DNA from: Selaginella moellendorffii
Taxonomy: Eukaryota > Plantae > Lycopodiophyta
Assembly: GCF_000143415.4 (NCBI RefSeq)
Contig: NW_003314272.1
Coordinates: forward strand, 339,729-403,728
Direction: 5' to 3'
Length of the DNA: 64,000 nucleotides
Shown: positions 48,201 to 60,300 of the stretch, piece after piece
Layout: the number at the start of each line of letters is the position of its first letter
Position numbering within the stretch: position 1 is the first letter of the stretch
The notes under the pieces: generated by a model
Seen by the model: the letters and a program-made list of their open reading frames with translations, nothing else
Database searches by the model: none
What the model was told of the DNA's origin: nothing
Position numbers and translations under genes: made by a program

Positions 48201-51134
48201 TGCTTGGGTTCAAATCCCAAATCACTAGGGCGTGGTGATGGTTTGGAACATGAGGACACTCATATTTTGGTGGTCATGGACTCTCAGTGGGGAAACTGGC
48301 TTGGCACACCACCAAGCGGGGGATGCTCCAGAGTCATGATGCACATTCTCACTATTCATTCTCAAGTATTCTCAACTTTTATTGATATAACTAGTTCATT
48401 TTGGAACTTCTAATTTTGACTTCTCGAAGTTAATTGCCTTAGTGTCTCTGACACTTTTCATTGCACATATTGTGCAACTTCACTTCCCCATCTTAGGAAG
48501 TTCTTCACTTGAGGGCACCATCATCCTCCTTTCTATTTTGTGCCACCTTTGGCACTAAGTTCTAGCTATCGTAAGTTGTGGTAGAGTTATTTACGGCCCT
48601 ATCATTTGGCTATTTTGCCGCTCCCTCCCTTGGAGCTTTCACCTTTGCCAATTTGGAGCATTTAGGAATCCATCCTTGGAAGCACACTTCCTTTCTCACA
48701 ATTTGTTAGCATCTAATACCTTAGTTTTCCATGCCTAACTTTGCCATTTGGATTCCTTCCAATGAACTCTATGGCCCACACTTAGCCACTAGTCTTTTGC
48801 TTTTATCCGTTAATTGTTGCATTGAGCAACATAGGATCACTACCTCCATCCTTTAGGTATCCTTTTGGTTCCATGGCCAAGGATCTACTTTGCTAAGTCT
48901 AGAGGGTGCTCACCTCTAGTAGATCTCTTTAGCATTCTTTACTACGGGTTTTGTCCACGGCCCAACTTTGCGACCCTTCCATGGGTTTTTCCTAGAAACT
49001 ACTTTCTTGGACTTATAAGCTATACCATCGTATTGGCACGACTAATTTCCCTTTAGGTGTCCTTCCCACTTAGTCACTTTGACCAAGCCACATCATTCTC
49101 AATAGTTCAACTCAACACTTTGAACTAGGAATTATATTCTTTAACCCAAACAAAGAGATTGTCCTTGTTTAGCCATAAGATCACCTAGTGACTTCATCTT
49201 AACCCCTTAACAGGTCTACCAATAGGGTCTTCCAAACCCTTTTAAATTGTTGACTATGACCCTAGGGGCATCCCTCACACTTAGCGGTGCACCCAAGCCA
49301 GCCCTTCTAGCCAAGGATCCATAGCAATTGAGACTAGGTGTCCCTATCTCATTCACCACATCTTTGGTGCCCTTTACACCAAAGTGTTTAAGTTAGATAT
49401 GCCGAGCTTTCACTCTAAGCAATCTAACCGTGCATCATGAAGGTGTCTCTAATGGGTTTAGCGAAAGCTAAACCAATAAAAGGGAGAGAACCACCTGAGG
49501 TGGTCAAGTGAGTTTCTATGTTGGCAACACTATGCTCCTTAAAAGTTGGACAAGGTATGGTGAGCCTTCAGTGTTAAACCATTGATGAATATTAGTTAGG
49601 TGCCAAGGATGGAAAAGGTAATACATGCTGGTGTTACTTTATAAAAAGGTTTATCGTTTGATGAGGACATTGAACTTCGTCTATAGGTGGTGGAGTTGTG
49701 AGACACAAATCCATAAGCCCCAAAGTGGAGCCGAAAGGGTGCCACGTGGTAGTGGCCGAAGCAAATGCGAAACGAGTGTAACACGTTTGGATTAAAAGCT
49801 CCAACTTGAAAGGTCGAGAGCGGGAGTGGAACTCCCAATGAAATGCTCAAGAAACAAGCACAAAGTGAGCAATAAGTGAGTCTCTAGAAAAGGGATATAA
49901 GAGGACCAACACATGACATATGGAGGAGTCTGAGATAGACCTAAGATGGAGTCCGAAATGGACCCGAGATGAAGTCCGAGATGGACCCGAGATGGAGTCC
50001 AAGATAGACCTGAGATGGAATCCGAGATGGAGTCCGAGAAGGACCCGAGATAGAGGCCGAAGTCGAGACCAAGACTAGGATCGAGACTGAGACCGAGACC
50101 GAGACCAAGGCTGAGGCCGAGACTGAGCCCAACCCCGAGTCCGAGTCCGAGTTCGTCTCCCAGACCTTGGGGGGTTTGGTGAGCTCCAAAAGTACAGTAG
50201 GGGGAGGACTCTAGTGAAGCTAGTTTGGCCAAGAAAGGCCAGTTTGGCCCAGGAAGGCTGTACCCAAGTGTTGGGTGATGAGATAACCACTAGGAGATCT
50301 AAGGCTAGAGTGAATACAAACTATCAAGCAGGGTAGCTTGGTGAAGTGTTCAAGAGCCAGCTCTAGTTCCCTCGGGAATTCGAATGGTTGATGCTCCCAG
50401 TCCAAGTGTGGGTGGCACTACCTACTTGGATACCTAGTGTGGCTCAACAGAACCTCGCTCTAAGCCCATGGCTAGAGCACCCAAAGGCAGAAAGCAAGGA
50501 GAGTACCCACGAGGCTCGCATAAGGCGATGGTGTTCCGAAATGTTGTCCCAAAGTCCCAGACTGTAAAATGGAAGAGGAGTAGAGCAGTCCTCTAGTGTG
50601 GTGACCAAGGATACAGTCATGTGGTGAGAAAGTCCCAGAGGATAGTGGGACTTAGTGGTCGAGCCTATAGGCCTTGTCCTAATGGCAGAGTAGGCAAACT
50701 CGGCCATGGACAGAAAAAAGACTTGGTAGGGACTGTAAAAGGGATATTGGGGAAGGCAGTTCCCTTTGTTTGCAGGCATCTTAAGGATGCTAAGGAGTGA
50801 ATCTTGGATGGTCACTCCTGGACGGATGGCTTAGTCGTTGAGAGATGGGACTGTGATGCAAGTGGTGCTGGACCACCGGTGGTACCAAGGTGAATGGGCA
50901 TGGTCTTAGCGTAATGAGCTAGTATGTCGGTGGTACCTTGGGGTGTCGATCTTGGGACCGAACACATGGAGCACTTGGACCAGGTGCAAAGGATGAGTGG
51001 TATGGATGCCATTCTCAGAGCTAGCAAGTCCCAAGTCTTGAATTGGACTTATGAAGGTTGTGAATGAGACTCCTCCAAGTGGTCAGAGGTGTGGTTAAGT
51101 GACTAAAGTAAAATGGAAAAATTAGTCACTTACA
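45207..51134 (+). mobile_element. Family A element with two LTRs (45207-46740, 49697-51134), PBS-removing deletion and internal inversion
   Basis: TGTGAGACAC...CTTACA LTRs; near-TSD TCACA/TCATA; PPT at 49686-49696; segment 48345-49440 reversed relative to consensus. Confidence 0.85.
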
Positions 51135-51979
51135 TCATACTATGTGAGAAATGCACCAACTTAAATGAGTGACGAGGCAACCTCTTTGTTTAACGCGGAT
51201 GCATTACCAACTCAAACACCTTCCGGCCGTCACCGACAAGGAAATGACCAACGGAGTTAGCCACCCTTGCTACTCTTGGTGTCACCCAATTTACAAAAGT
51301 GTGAGACACAGACATAGAGAGAGAAGCTAGAGGCCCCAACCCCTCCTGAGCAAAGAATCCAAACCCGTCGGTAAGGTTTAGATAGACTACTATAAACAGA
51401 TAGTTAGAGTTGTTTACACGGTCATGCCCTTTTAACGGAATAAGGAACATCGACAAAGAGGCGGGTGATGTGACCAGTCAACAGTAGTTACCCCATGACT
51501 AAAGATTTCACCATGCATACGAAATGCCGAAGTTAGTTTGCCTATACTGGCCCAAACTCAAAGATAAATAGATGGACAATATCAAAGTCATGAACAATGA
51601 TATCTTAAAGACTTAATTATCAGTGAATAAAGCTTATATTAGAACACAAAAGTATTCCAAGTAAGTTATCATCTGATAAACCAGTATTAGAGTATAAGAA
51701 CCACCAAGATCATCATAATTGGTAAATATAGGAATCACCATCCAACAAAATTCAATAGCAAGTATATCATCAAGGAAACTTAATGATGAAACTTAACTAC
51801 CGAAGATGGTAGATAGTATGCTAAACAACTTACTAAAGATAACTCAAAGAACACAAAGTATCATTGACTGACAAGCACATTGCTCACGAATGTATCACCC
51901 AAAGGAAATAACATCCCAATATATCAGAACTAACCCAAGCAATAGTCAACAGAACAGAATGGATGCAGTAAGACCAATC

Positions 51980-52931
51980 TTATGGGACCTTTTCCACGGT
52001 CAACTGCTAGCAATGAATATGTTGTTATTGCTTTTGACTACTTGACTTGTTGTGTGGAAGTTCGTGCTCTTGCTAGTGCCTCTCTAACTATTGTTGGATA
52101 CTTCCTTCTCAATCAAGTGGTGTTCCAGCATTCTTGTCCAAAACAAATTCTTTCAGATAATGGTCCTGCATTTATGGTTGAGGCATTTTATATTTTGATG
52201 TCTCAATTGAGGATACGCCACACTTTCACAAGTGATTATCATCCACAATCAGACGGTCTAGTGGAATGGCTTGTTCGAACATTCAAAAGGATGATCGTGA
52301 AGTATATGAACTTTTAACATTCGGATTGGGATGGTTATTTGCCATCTCTTTGGTATGCATATGTCACAGGGGTGCAAAGTTCTATTGATGCTTCACTATA
52401 TAAACTATTATATGGTCATGATCCAATATTACTAATGGAGTTGGGTTTACCTTTGTGATTCCCACGAGTTGCAGATGCTAGGTCTTGGGATCAGTATTTG
52501 ACGAGCATTCTTCCACTTATCTGAGTAGAGTCTACTGAACACTTAGGCTGCATATAAGTGGGACAACAACGGCACTACAACTTCCATCATCGTCCACTTG
52601 CAGAATACAAAGTGGATGACTTGGTGTTAGTTTGTTTTCCCCATCTTATAGTACGTGGTTTATCTAAGGGGCTCCTTGCTTAGTTGAAAGGACCATATCA
52701 AGTGTTGTGGTAAGTTGGACCTCAAGTTAATGAGGTTCAACATGACATCCAACAGGTCGATCCTCTAGAGATTGTGTATGTACAGTAGTTGAAATGCTTT
52801 ATACCAAGGGATCAAAAGCAATTAATACCACCTATAGATCTACCGATTCCTCTTCCTAACGTTCCTTCCGATCCCGGCCTATCTACAAGAGAACCTAGAT
52901 GGTCTTCCATTATTCTGAGAGGAGGGGATGA
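51980..52931 (+). pseudogene. Decayed Ty3/gypsy integrase 3' fragment with PPT
   Basis: GPFPRS...AFDYLT...ILSDNGPAF...YHPQSDGLVE, GPY/F-like LKGPYQV; GAGAGGAGGGGATGA just before LTR. Confidence 0.8.
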
Positions 52932-53105
52932 TGTGAGGGCCAAGTGTATGGCTACAATGCTATATACTAATATTAGTATAGCGGGATTTTGGTAGCTTTT
53001 AAATTGGTTTCAATTTGGACCACTCTCCTGTATATAAGCTAGGGTTTTTGTGCTAATTGATATACACATTTTTTGTATTCCCTTTCCATATTCCATTCAC
53101 TCACA
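52932..53105 (+). mobile_element. Short 3' LTR (174 bp)
   Basis: TGTGAG...CTCACA terminal inverted repeat after PPT; internal TATATAA. Confidence 0.7.
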
Positions 53106-53592
53106 ACTAAACATGAAAAAGATAAAGTAATACATTACTTTGAAGAAAGATAAATGATAATACCAAGAATATTTACTACTTTAATTATATATTTTCATTT
53201 AGAAAATTAACAATGTTATTTACAGCTTTATTAGTACTTTTAAATGAGTTATACAATAGGGTTAGCTTAAGTTTTATATAAAATTTATTATTTTTCAATC
53301 CAAATAAGGAGTTCGAATCTCTTTCCATTTAAATCCTACATTTAATGAAAAAAAGACATATTTCTAGTAAGTGAATAAACTTAATGAATATGAGATGTTT
53401 ATATTAAAACCTGAAATAGAATATTATAATAAGAAATAACTTATCAATGTAAAAAAATATGACATCAGGTACTTGAATATGATAAATTATTGTAAAATCA
53501 AACACTATTATTTAATTTGAATGTTTTAAATATGTAAAAAATCCTTCACATCCTATTGAGACAAATAATAATAAAAATATAACTGAAAGAAA

Positions 53593-54444
53593 TTATAATG
53601 AACAAAGAATATGTTTTGCAGTTTTTGAATCCCAAACAATATAGTTTGGAAATTTTGTTGTATAAATTACTATATTACAATCATTTTGAACAATAAGAAA
53701 TACAGGAAAATTACATTTATTACAATACCTATTTGTAGCCCATTGAGCTTGTGTATTATAGTAAATAACAAAATTACCATCATTTTGAAGTTTCAATGTA
53801 CAATTAAAAATATTTTCGTTTATAGTTTTGGATTCCCATATTTTAATTTTTAAAGAAAATAAAACAAGCTTACAATTTGATTGTAGCAATAATATATTTT
53901 TACCATTTGAAGAATTTAAAAACATTTCAGTATATAATATTGCTGGATTAAATAAAGTAGAATATTCAATGTGACATAATGCTTTAAATGAAGTAATACT
54001 TTTAGCTAATTCTGGAGAATCAAACTCCGGATCATTTGTTAATTTGTAAGTTATTAAATAATGTAAACTCTCTCTAAAAAAATAATCTGAACAATATTCT
54101 TGTAATTCTGAAATAATATTATTATATATAGTTCTAAAACCTTTTCTTAAAGCATTTCCTGTAATTCCATCTGGACCATCTAAATAACATTGATCTTTAG
54201 ATTTAATAATTAAATGTACAATTCCTTTAGAAGTAGATATTAAATCTCCATCTGAGTATGTAGATGGATATGGATCATTATAACCATCAGTTGAAATTTT
54301 AAATATTAAATATTTTAAACTTTGTATTATTAAATTTATATCTGTTGGATTTAATATATCAATTTTTCCAATTGTTGATTTGTAACTATTTGATTTTACT
54401 AAGAAAAAGAAAATAACAAATATGAAACTAATTCTCTTAATCAT
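53593..54444 (-). CDS. Secreted protein, unknown N-terminal domain + bulb-type (GNA) mannose-binding lectin (283 aa from ATG 54444)
   Basis: Signal-peptide-like MIKRISFIFVIFFFLVKSNS; two perfect QxDxNxVxY sites (QNDGNFVIY, QNDCNIVIY) and one degenerate (QSNCKLVLF); long ORF in very AT-rich DNA; TATATAAA ~50 bp upstream. Confidence 0.85.
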   Translation of the reverse strand: MIKRISFIFVIFFFLVKSNSYKSTIGKIDILNPTDINLIIQSLKYLIFKISTDGYNDPYPSTYSDGDLISTSKGIVHLIIKSKDQCYLDGPDGITGNALRKGFRTIYNNIISELQEYCSDYFFRESLHYLITYKLTNDPEFDSPELAKSITSFKALCHIEYSTLFNPAILYTEMFLNSSNGKNILLLQSNCKLVLFSLKIKIWESKTINENIFNCTLKLQNDGNFVIYYNTQAQWATNRYCNKCNFPVFLIVQNDCNIVIYTTKFPNYIVWDSKTAKHILCSL

Positions 54445-54892
54445 TATAATCAAGAATAGAGAGAAATAGCAAAAATTCTAGTTTATATTGTTTATATAAA
54501 AACATTTAATGATTATAAACTTATTTAATATTTTTTAGTTTTAAAATCATATATAAAAGAATTATTACATAAAATTGTAGTTCTTTTTGTTATGATCCGG
54601 CGCAAAAAGACAAAGATCTAGTTGCCCTAGACTATGCTACGCCACCTCTTGAGGTTCCTCACCACCCAACCACCCCCGAGCTACCTCAAAAGCTCCACTG
54701 CGCCGCTCCACTGTGAGCCCTAGGGTAGGTTAAGTCCCTTACCCTAACATGCCTTAATATACCCTTGAGCCTCCCTTTGACCGACGTTGACCACGTAGTC
54801 AAAGCTGGCGCCTAACAATACTTCCCCCCCCAACAAAGTCCTTGTCCCAAGGACGAGTTGTACCGGTGATCTCCCTTTCTAGGGAATCCTGC

Positions 54893-55324
54893 TCAAGCTC
54901 CTGGTCCATCTTCCACAGCCGTATACATCAAGGAGGCATTGGGCCCGTCACTCCGAGATAGTACACGTTTCAACTGGCTGACATAAAATACCGGATGAAT
55001 TTTCACCCCAACTGGCAGCCGCACTCGATAAGCCGCTTTACCAATGCGCTCCAGCACTTCATATGGACCAGCATATCGATGGGAAAGTTTATCACTCTTC
55101 CCTGTCCGTAAAGGCACCAAGGTGTTCCGCCGCTCACTTGACGGAAAGATCACTCGCACAAAGACGAGATCACCCACCTTATATTCCCGGAATTGGCGAT
55201 GCTCATTGGCAAACTTCTCCGCTCTATCCTGAGCTGCTTGCAAATTCCGTTTGCACACCACCAGAATCTCATCAAGTTCTGTGGCCAGATCAGTTGCCTC
55301 GGAATCAAGCTTATCTTGAACGTC
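54893..55324 (-). pseudogene. Integrase C-terminal part (GPY/F region), separated by solo-LTR insertion
   Basis: KLSHRYAGPYEVLERIGKAAYRVRLP...IHPVFYVSQLK; rejoins 56660-57315 in frame when 55325-56659 plus one TSD is removed. Confidence 0.9.
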
Positions 55325-56659
55325 TGTAAGCCACAAATTTTTCCTTTCCACTTTGCCAGCTTACCTCGCCTATCCGTCCAACACTGCCTTGGCTTTTGCT
55401 AAGTTCCCTCGCCAAGGTTCTCGCCTATGGTACCAGCTCCTACTTGGTTTTAGCTACTCACTGCACGAGCAACGGAGTGTTAGCCATCCTTCCACGGATT
55501 CCCAAATCACTCCCAATCCCCCTTCCCGGGTTAGACTGGACTTAAGGTTTGGTTACACTCCCCACAAGCACAAGCAGCCAAGCACACCAAGCTTCCAGGT
55601 TCCTAACATCCCTTGGTACCACAAGACTTGATCATGGGACCCTCTAAATCCCAAGTCTTGAGTGCAACACCTGCTTCGGGACGCCGGGGCGAAACACCGT
55701 GGCCTAGCGGCCCGGTATGGGTACCTCTCGCCCCCCACTTCCATCCCGAAGGAAGGCCCAAGCCCCTAGGAAGGGCGAGGACCAATGAGCCGCATGGTAC
55801 TCAAGTGGGGCACCACTCCACATGAGCCGGGAGCACCGCAATCGGTTTCCCTTTCGGGAGTGGGAGCTGCTCTTGAGCATTTCCTTGGATGGCCCCTCCG
55901 GCACCAGCCAAGTCCATGCTCACTCCCACCCAAGGCCCCTCGGTCCCAGTCTTAACCTCAAGTCGGTTTGGAAGCCCAACTGGAGAGTCCCTTCAAAACT
56001 GGTTCCTAGACCTCACTATCCCTACTATACTTTTGGAACCCCCTGCAGCCCCCCCCCCCCTGGGAGACGCACGCTTTGGGCTTTCACCCCTTGACCCGTA
56101 TTAGTATTTGGACTTAGTCTCTGGCTCGATCTCGGACCCGATTTCGGATCCGACTTCGGATTCAGGTTCGGACTCGATCACGGACTCGATCTCGGACCCG
56201 ATCTCAGACCCGACCTCGGACTCGACCTCGGACTCGGTCTCGGACCCGATTTCGGATCTCGGACTCCGTCTCGAACTCGGTCTCGAACTCGGACTCGAAC
56301 TCGGTCCCCGAGTCGGTCTCGGACTCGATTCCGGACTCTATCTCGAACTCGGTCTTAGAGTCGGTCTTGGACTCGATCCTCGACTTGGTCCCATCCGATA
56401 AACTTTTTGTCATTTCGGTCAAGCTTTTGGGGATCCTTTAGCCTACGACATCTCGGGGAGTCAGTGTAAGCTCCTGAGTTTGGACTTCCCGAGAGGTCAC
56501 CCAGCCCAGTACTATTCAAACCCAAGGACGCTTAACCCCAAATATCCCAAGACCCTTAACCGATTGGAAAAGGGGGTGCACTCTTGTTCATGGGCCCTTT
56601 CCCTCTATATTTGAACCCCTATGGATCGTCTCTCGAGTCGTTCCCTTTGGTTGCTTACA
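55325..56659 (-). mobile_element. Family B solo LTR (1335 bp) nested in the gypsy integrase
   Basis: TGTAAGC...GCTTACA 7-bp terminal IR; perfect TSD ACGTC (55320-55324, 56660-56664); minisatellite ~56110-56395; strand by analogy to family A. Confidence 0.92.
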
Positions 56660-57315
56660 ACGTCCTTACTCAAATGCAATCCCAACTCCACCGCTGTTCG
56701 AGGATGCCTTCCAAACATGGCAAAGTAAGGACTTAGCTTGGTTCCACTGTGTTGGCTATTGTTGTAAGCAAATTGCACCAACGGAAGATATAAATCCCAC
56801 TGTCCTTGCCTTTGACCAATGCTACAACGTAGCATATCCTCCACCACCTGATTCACACGCTCAGTTTGCCCATCCGTCTGAGGATGATCTCCACTCGAGA
56901 GTTTCAAAGTCACTTGCATAGCCTTTGCAAAGCTTTTCCAAAATCCACTAGTGAACTTTGAATCTCGATCACTAATGATGTCCTCCGGCAAACCAAAATC
57001 AGGAAAAACCTTCTCCAAGTAAACCGCAGCCAAGTCTGAGGCAGTGACAGTCTTCCGAAGAGCCACCAACCGCACATACTTCGTCAACCGATCCACTATG
57101 ACCCATACTTGCTCCTTTTGCCTCTGTGTTCGTGGCAAACAAGTGATGAAGTCCATAGAGATACTACACCAACGGCTCTGAGGAATAGGTAAAGGTTGCA
57201 AAAGTCCCCCCGGCTTCTCCCGTGGCACCTTAACCCACTGACAAAGCTCACATGATTTACAATACTTGAGGATATCAGCCTTTATATTCCTCCAATAAAA
57301 GTTGCGCTTAATCAA
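56660..57315 (-). pseudogene. Integrase core (rve)
   Basis: CKSCELCQ, ISMDFIT, IVDRLTK, IISDRD, HPQTDGQTER. Confidence 0.92.
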
Positions 57316-57316
57316 C

Positions 57317-60300
57317 TCAGAGGATTGAATTCAGGAGGATCCACTCCACCAATGAGAAAGGAGCTTCCATCTGGTCTCGCAAAGAGGCCACCTCAGCATC
57401 CTGAGCCTGAGCATGCTCAACCAACTGCCCAAACTCGCTGACCACCTTACTCAAATGATGACAAAATCGTGTTCGTAACGTCGTCACATGACGAACACGA
57501 GATAAAGCATCCGCCACCACATTTGATTTTCCCGGACGATGCTCAATAGGAAACTCCCCAAACTCCATGAGTTTGACCATCCAATGAGCTTGCCTAGTGT
57601 TCAACTCCTTCTGTGTGAAAAGATACACAAGTGGTTTGTGATCTGTCAACACCACGAACACTGCACCATAAAGATAGTGCCGCCACGTCCGCAAAGCATG
57701 AACAATAGAGAGTAACTCTTGCTCATATGTGGAATAGCGTTGCTCCGCGGAATTCAAAGTTCGACTCTCATATGCAATAGGCTGTCCCTCTTGCATGAGA
57801 ACTCCTCCCAGTGCATAACCACTCGCATCGCATGTCACCTCGTAAGGTTTCGATGGATCAGCAATGCGAAGCACTGGAGCCTCAATCAACAATCGTTTCA
57901 GCGCCACAAAACTCTCCTCTTGTGGCGTCTTCCACTCGAATGGCACATTCTTGCGTAACAACCGCGTCAACAGAATAGCCACCTCTGCAAATTTATGCTG
58001 GAAACGTCGGTAGTAACTAGCCATACCAAGAAAACTGCGCAACTCAGCCACTGTAGTCGGTGTAGGCCAGTTTTCCACCACAGCCACCTTCCTTGGATCC
58101 GTCTTGACACCCTTAGATGTCACAATATGGCCTAGATATTCCACCTCCGACTTTGCAAATTCACATTTGCTCTTCTTCGCATAAAGTTTGCTGTCTCGAA
58201 GTAACGAAAGAACCTTGCGCAAATGCACCCTATGCTCCTCCATATTCTTGCTAAAAACAAGAATATCATCCAAGAAAATCTCCACAAACTCATGAAGATA
58301 ACGCCCAAATACCTCCGTCATCAACCGAGTAAATGTGGCCGGTGCATTCGTCAAACCAAACGGCATAACGGTAAACTCAAAATGTCCAAAGCTTGTGTTG
58401 AATGCCGTCTTGGAGATAGATGCATCATCCATTGCAATCTGATGATATCCACTCCTCAGATCAATCTTGGTAAACACTCGTGCTTCACCAAGCTTGTCTA
58501 GGATATCATCCACACGTGGCATCGGCATCTTGTCCTTCACTGTCTTCTTGTTTAAAGCATGGTAGTCAATACACATCCGCATTGAACCGTCCTTCTTCTT
58601 CACAAGCAAGACCGGAGCACCAAACGGAGACTTACTTGGCTGAATAAATCCAAACTCAAGTAACTCCTTGACTTGTCGTTGAACTTCTTGCTCCTCCGCA
58701 TAACTTAACCGAAATGGACGTCGGTAAATTGGCCGCGTCCCCGGCTCCAATGTAATCCCATGCTCCACACCTCGTAATGGAGGCAATCCATGAGGAAGTT
58801 CAGATGGAAAAACATCAGAAAACTCATCAAGTACATCCCGTACTGCGGCTTCTCCCCCACACGTGCCTTGGTCCCCCAAGTCACGAACAAACAGCAAGTA
58901 ACTTGAAAGTGCTTTTCCATTACGACAAGCCCGCTTCAAAGATGTAGCAGAGAGCATAACAACTGGTGGTTGAACGCCCTCGCCAAACCACACATCTTTA
59001 ACGCCACCATACTCCAGCGAGATACGCTTAATGCTCCACTTGATCTCTGGATCCACCTTCACCAACCATGGCATCCCAAGAATGAGATCCACACGATGGA
59101 TATCCGCGAGATAAAAAGTCTCCACAAGTGTGGTTTTGCCAACCAACACTTCCAGCCCCTCGACACAAGCATCGAAATGCTGAGCAAAGGTAGCTGCACC
59201 TTCCACTGTGTATGGAACAACTCCAAGTGTGTTCAGGCGATGCTCCGCAACAAACTTTGCCGAAACAAAGTTGTCATCGCTCCCACTATCCAGTAAAATC
59301 CGCACTGGATCGCCACGGAACACGCCCTCCAGCATTAAAGCTGATTCACGCGTATCCTCGAGCTCCATCTTGTTCCACACACAGTTGAGTTGACGAGCAA
59401 CGATCGAAAGTCTCTTCCTCCGACCGGAATGGTCGTTCTCGTCATCCTCACGCTGTAAAGCTTGCAACTTTTTAGTATATGACTTACCGTGAGAAGATGA
59501 TTGGCCATTCTTCTTGTCCTGCTGCTTGTTCTTCAACTGCGGACAATCAGCCTTGTAGTGTCCAAGTTCGCCGCAATGATGACAACCCTGTCTATAATTC
59601 TTCACAAAGAACTTCTGCTTCTTGGACCCCTTTGCATCTGAAGTAGTCACCACCGACTTCAACTTGTGATGCTTGTTCCCCTCCTTGTGTCCACGGCGAT
59701 CATCACGACGATTCGCGACAGAAGGACTCCGCGAACGCTTGCGAGACTTGTGCTTGTCATTGTCAAGGCGACGAGCCACATCAAAGAGCTCCTCCAAACT
59801 CTTTGTAGGCTGAGAATGACGCAAGTGTTGCCGCATACTCTCACTATGGAGGCCATCAATGAAGTAGGACTTGTTCTGATCTGGATCCTTCGTTGGAACA
59901 CGACTAATCAAGCGAGTAAGCTTCTCAATATAGTCCCCGAGAGTCATTTTCCCTTGCTGGAAATGGCGAAGTTCTGTACGAGCATTCTCCATGTCGTAAT
60001 GAGGGGCAAAACGTAAACGAAAAGCAGCCTCAAACTCATCCATGGTAGACACCGGTGGTTTCTTATCCGCAACACGGGACTCCTCAAGCCAATTCCACCA
60101 TCGAAGACCCGCATCACGCAAAACCATCGGAATAGCCACTAAAGCCTCTGCATCTGGAGTTCCTCTAGCAGCCAAGAACTTCTTCACATTGGCTAGCCAA
60201 GCGAGACACTCGTCCACACCACCATCACCGGAAAAGGTTGGAATCTTGAGTCGATCTACCAAAGAAGGCTTACTTGGAGCACTACCCCGTCCAGCCTCGA

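Noticed and set aside
53593-54444. Type-2 ribosome-inactivating protein or S-domain receptor kinase
   Set aside because: No EAARF-like catalytic motif, no kinase or transmembrane segment; lectin is C-terminal GNA-type
54835-54950. Chromodomain at integrase C-terminus
   Set aside because: ORF ends shortly after the GPY/F region without chromodomain aromatic motifs
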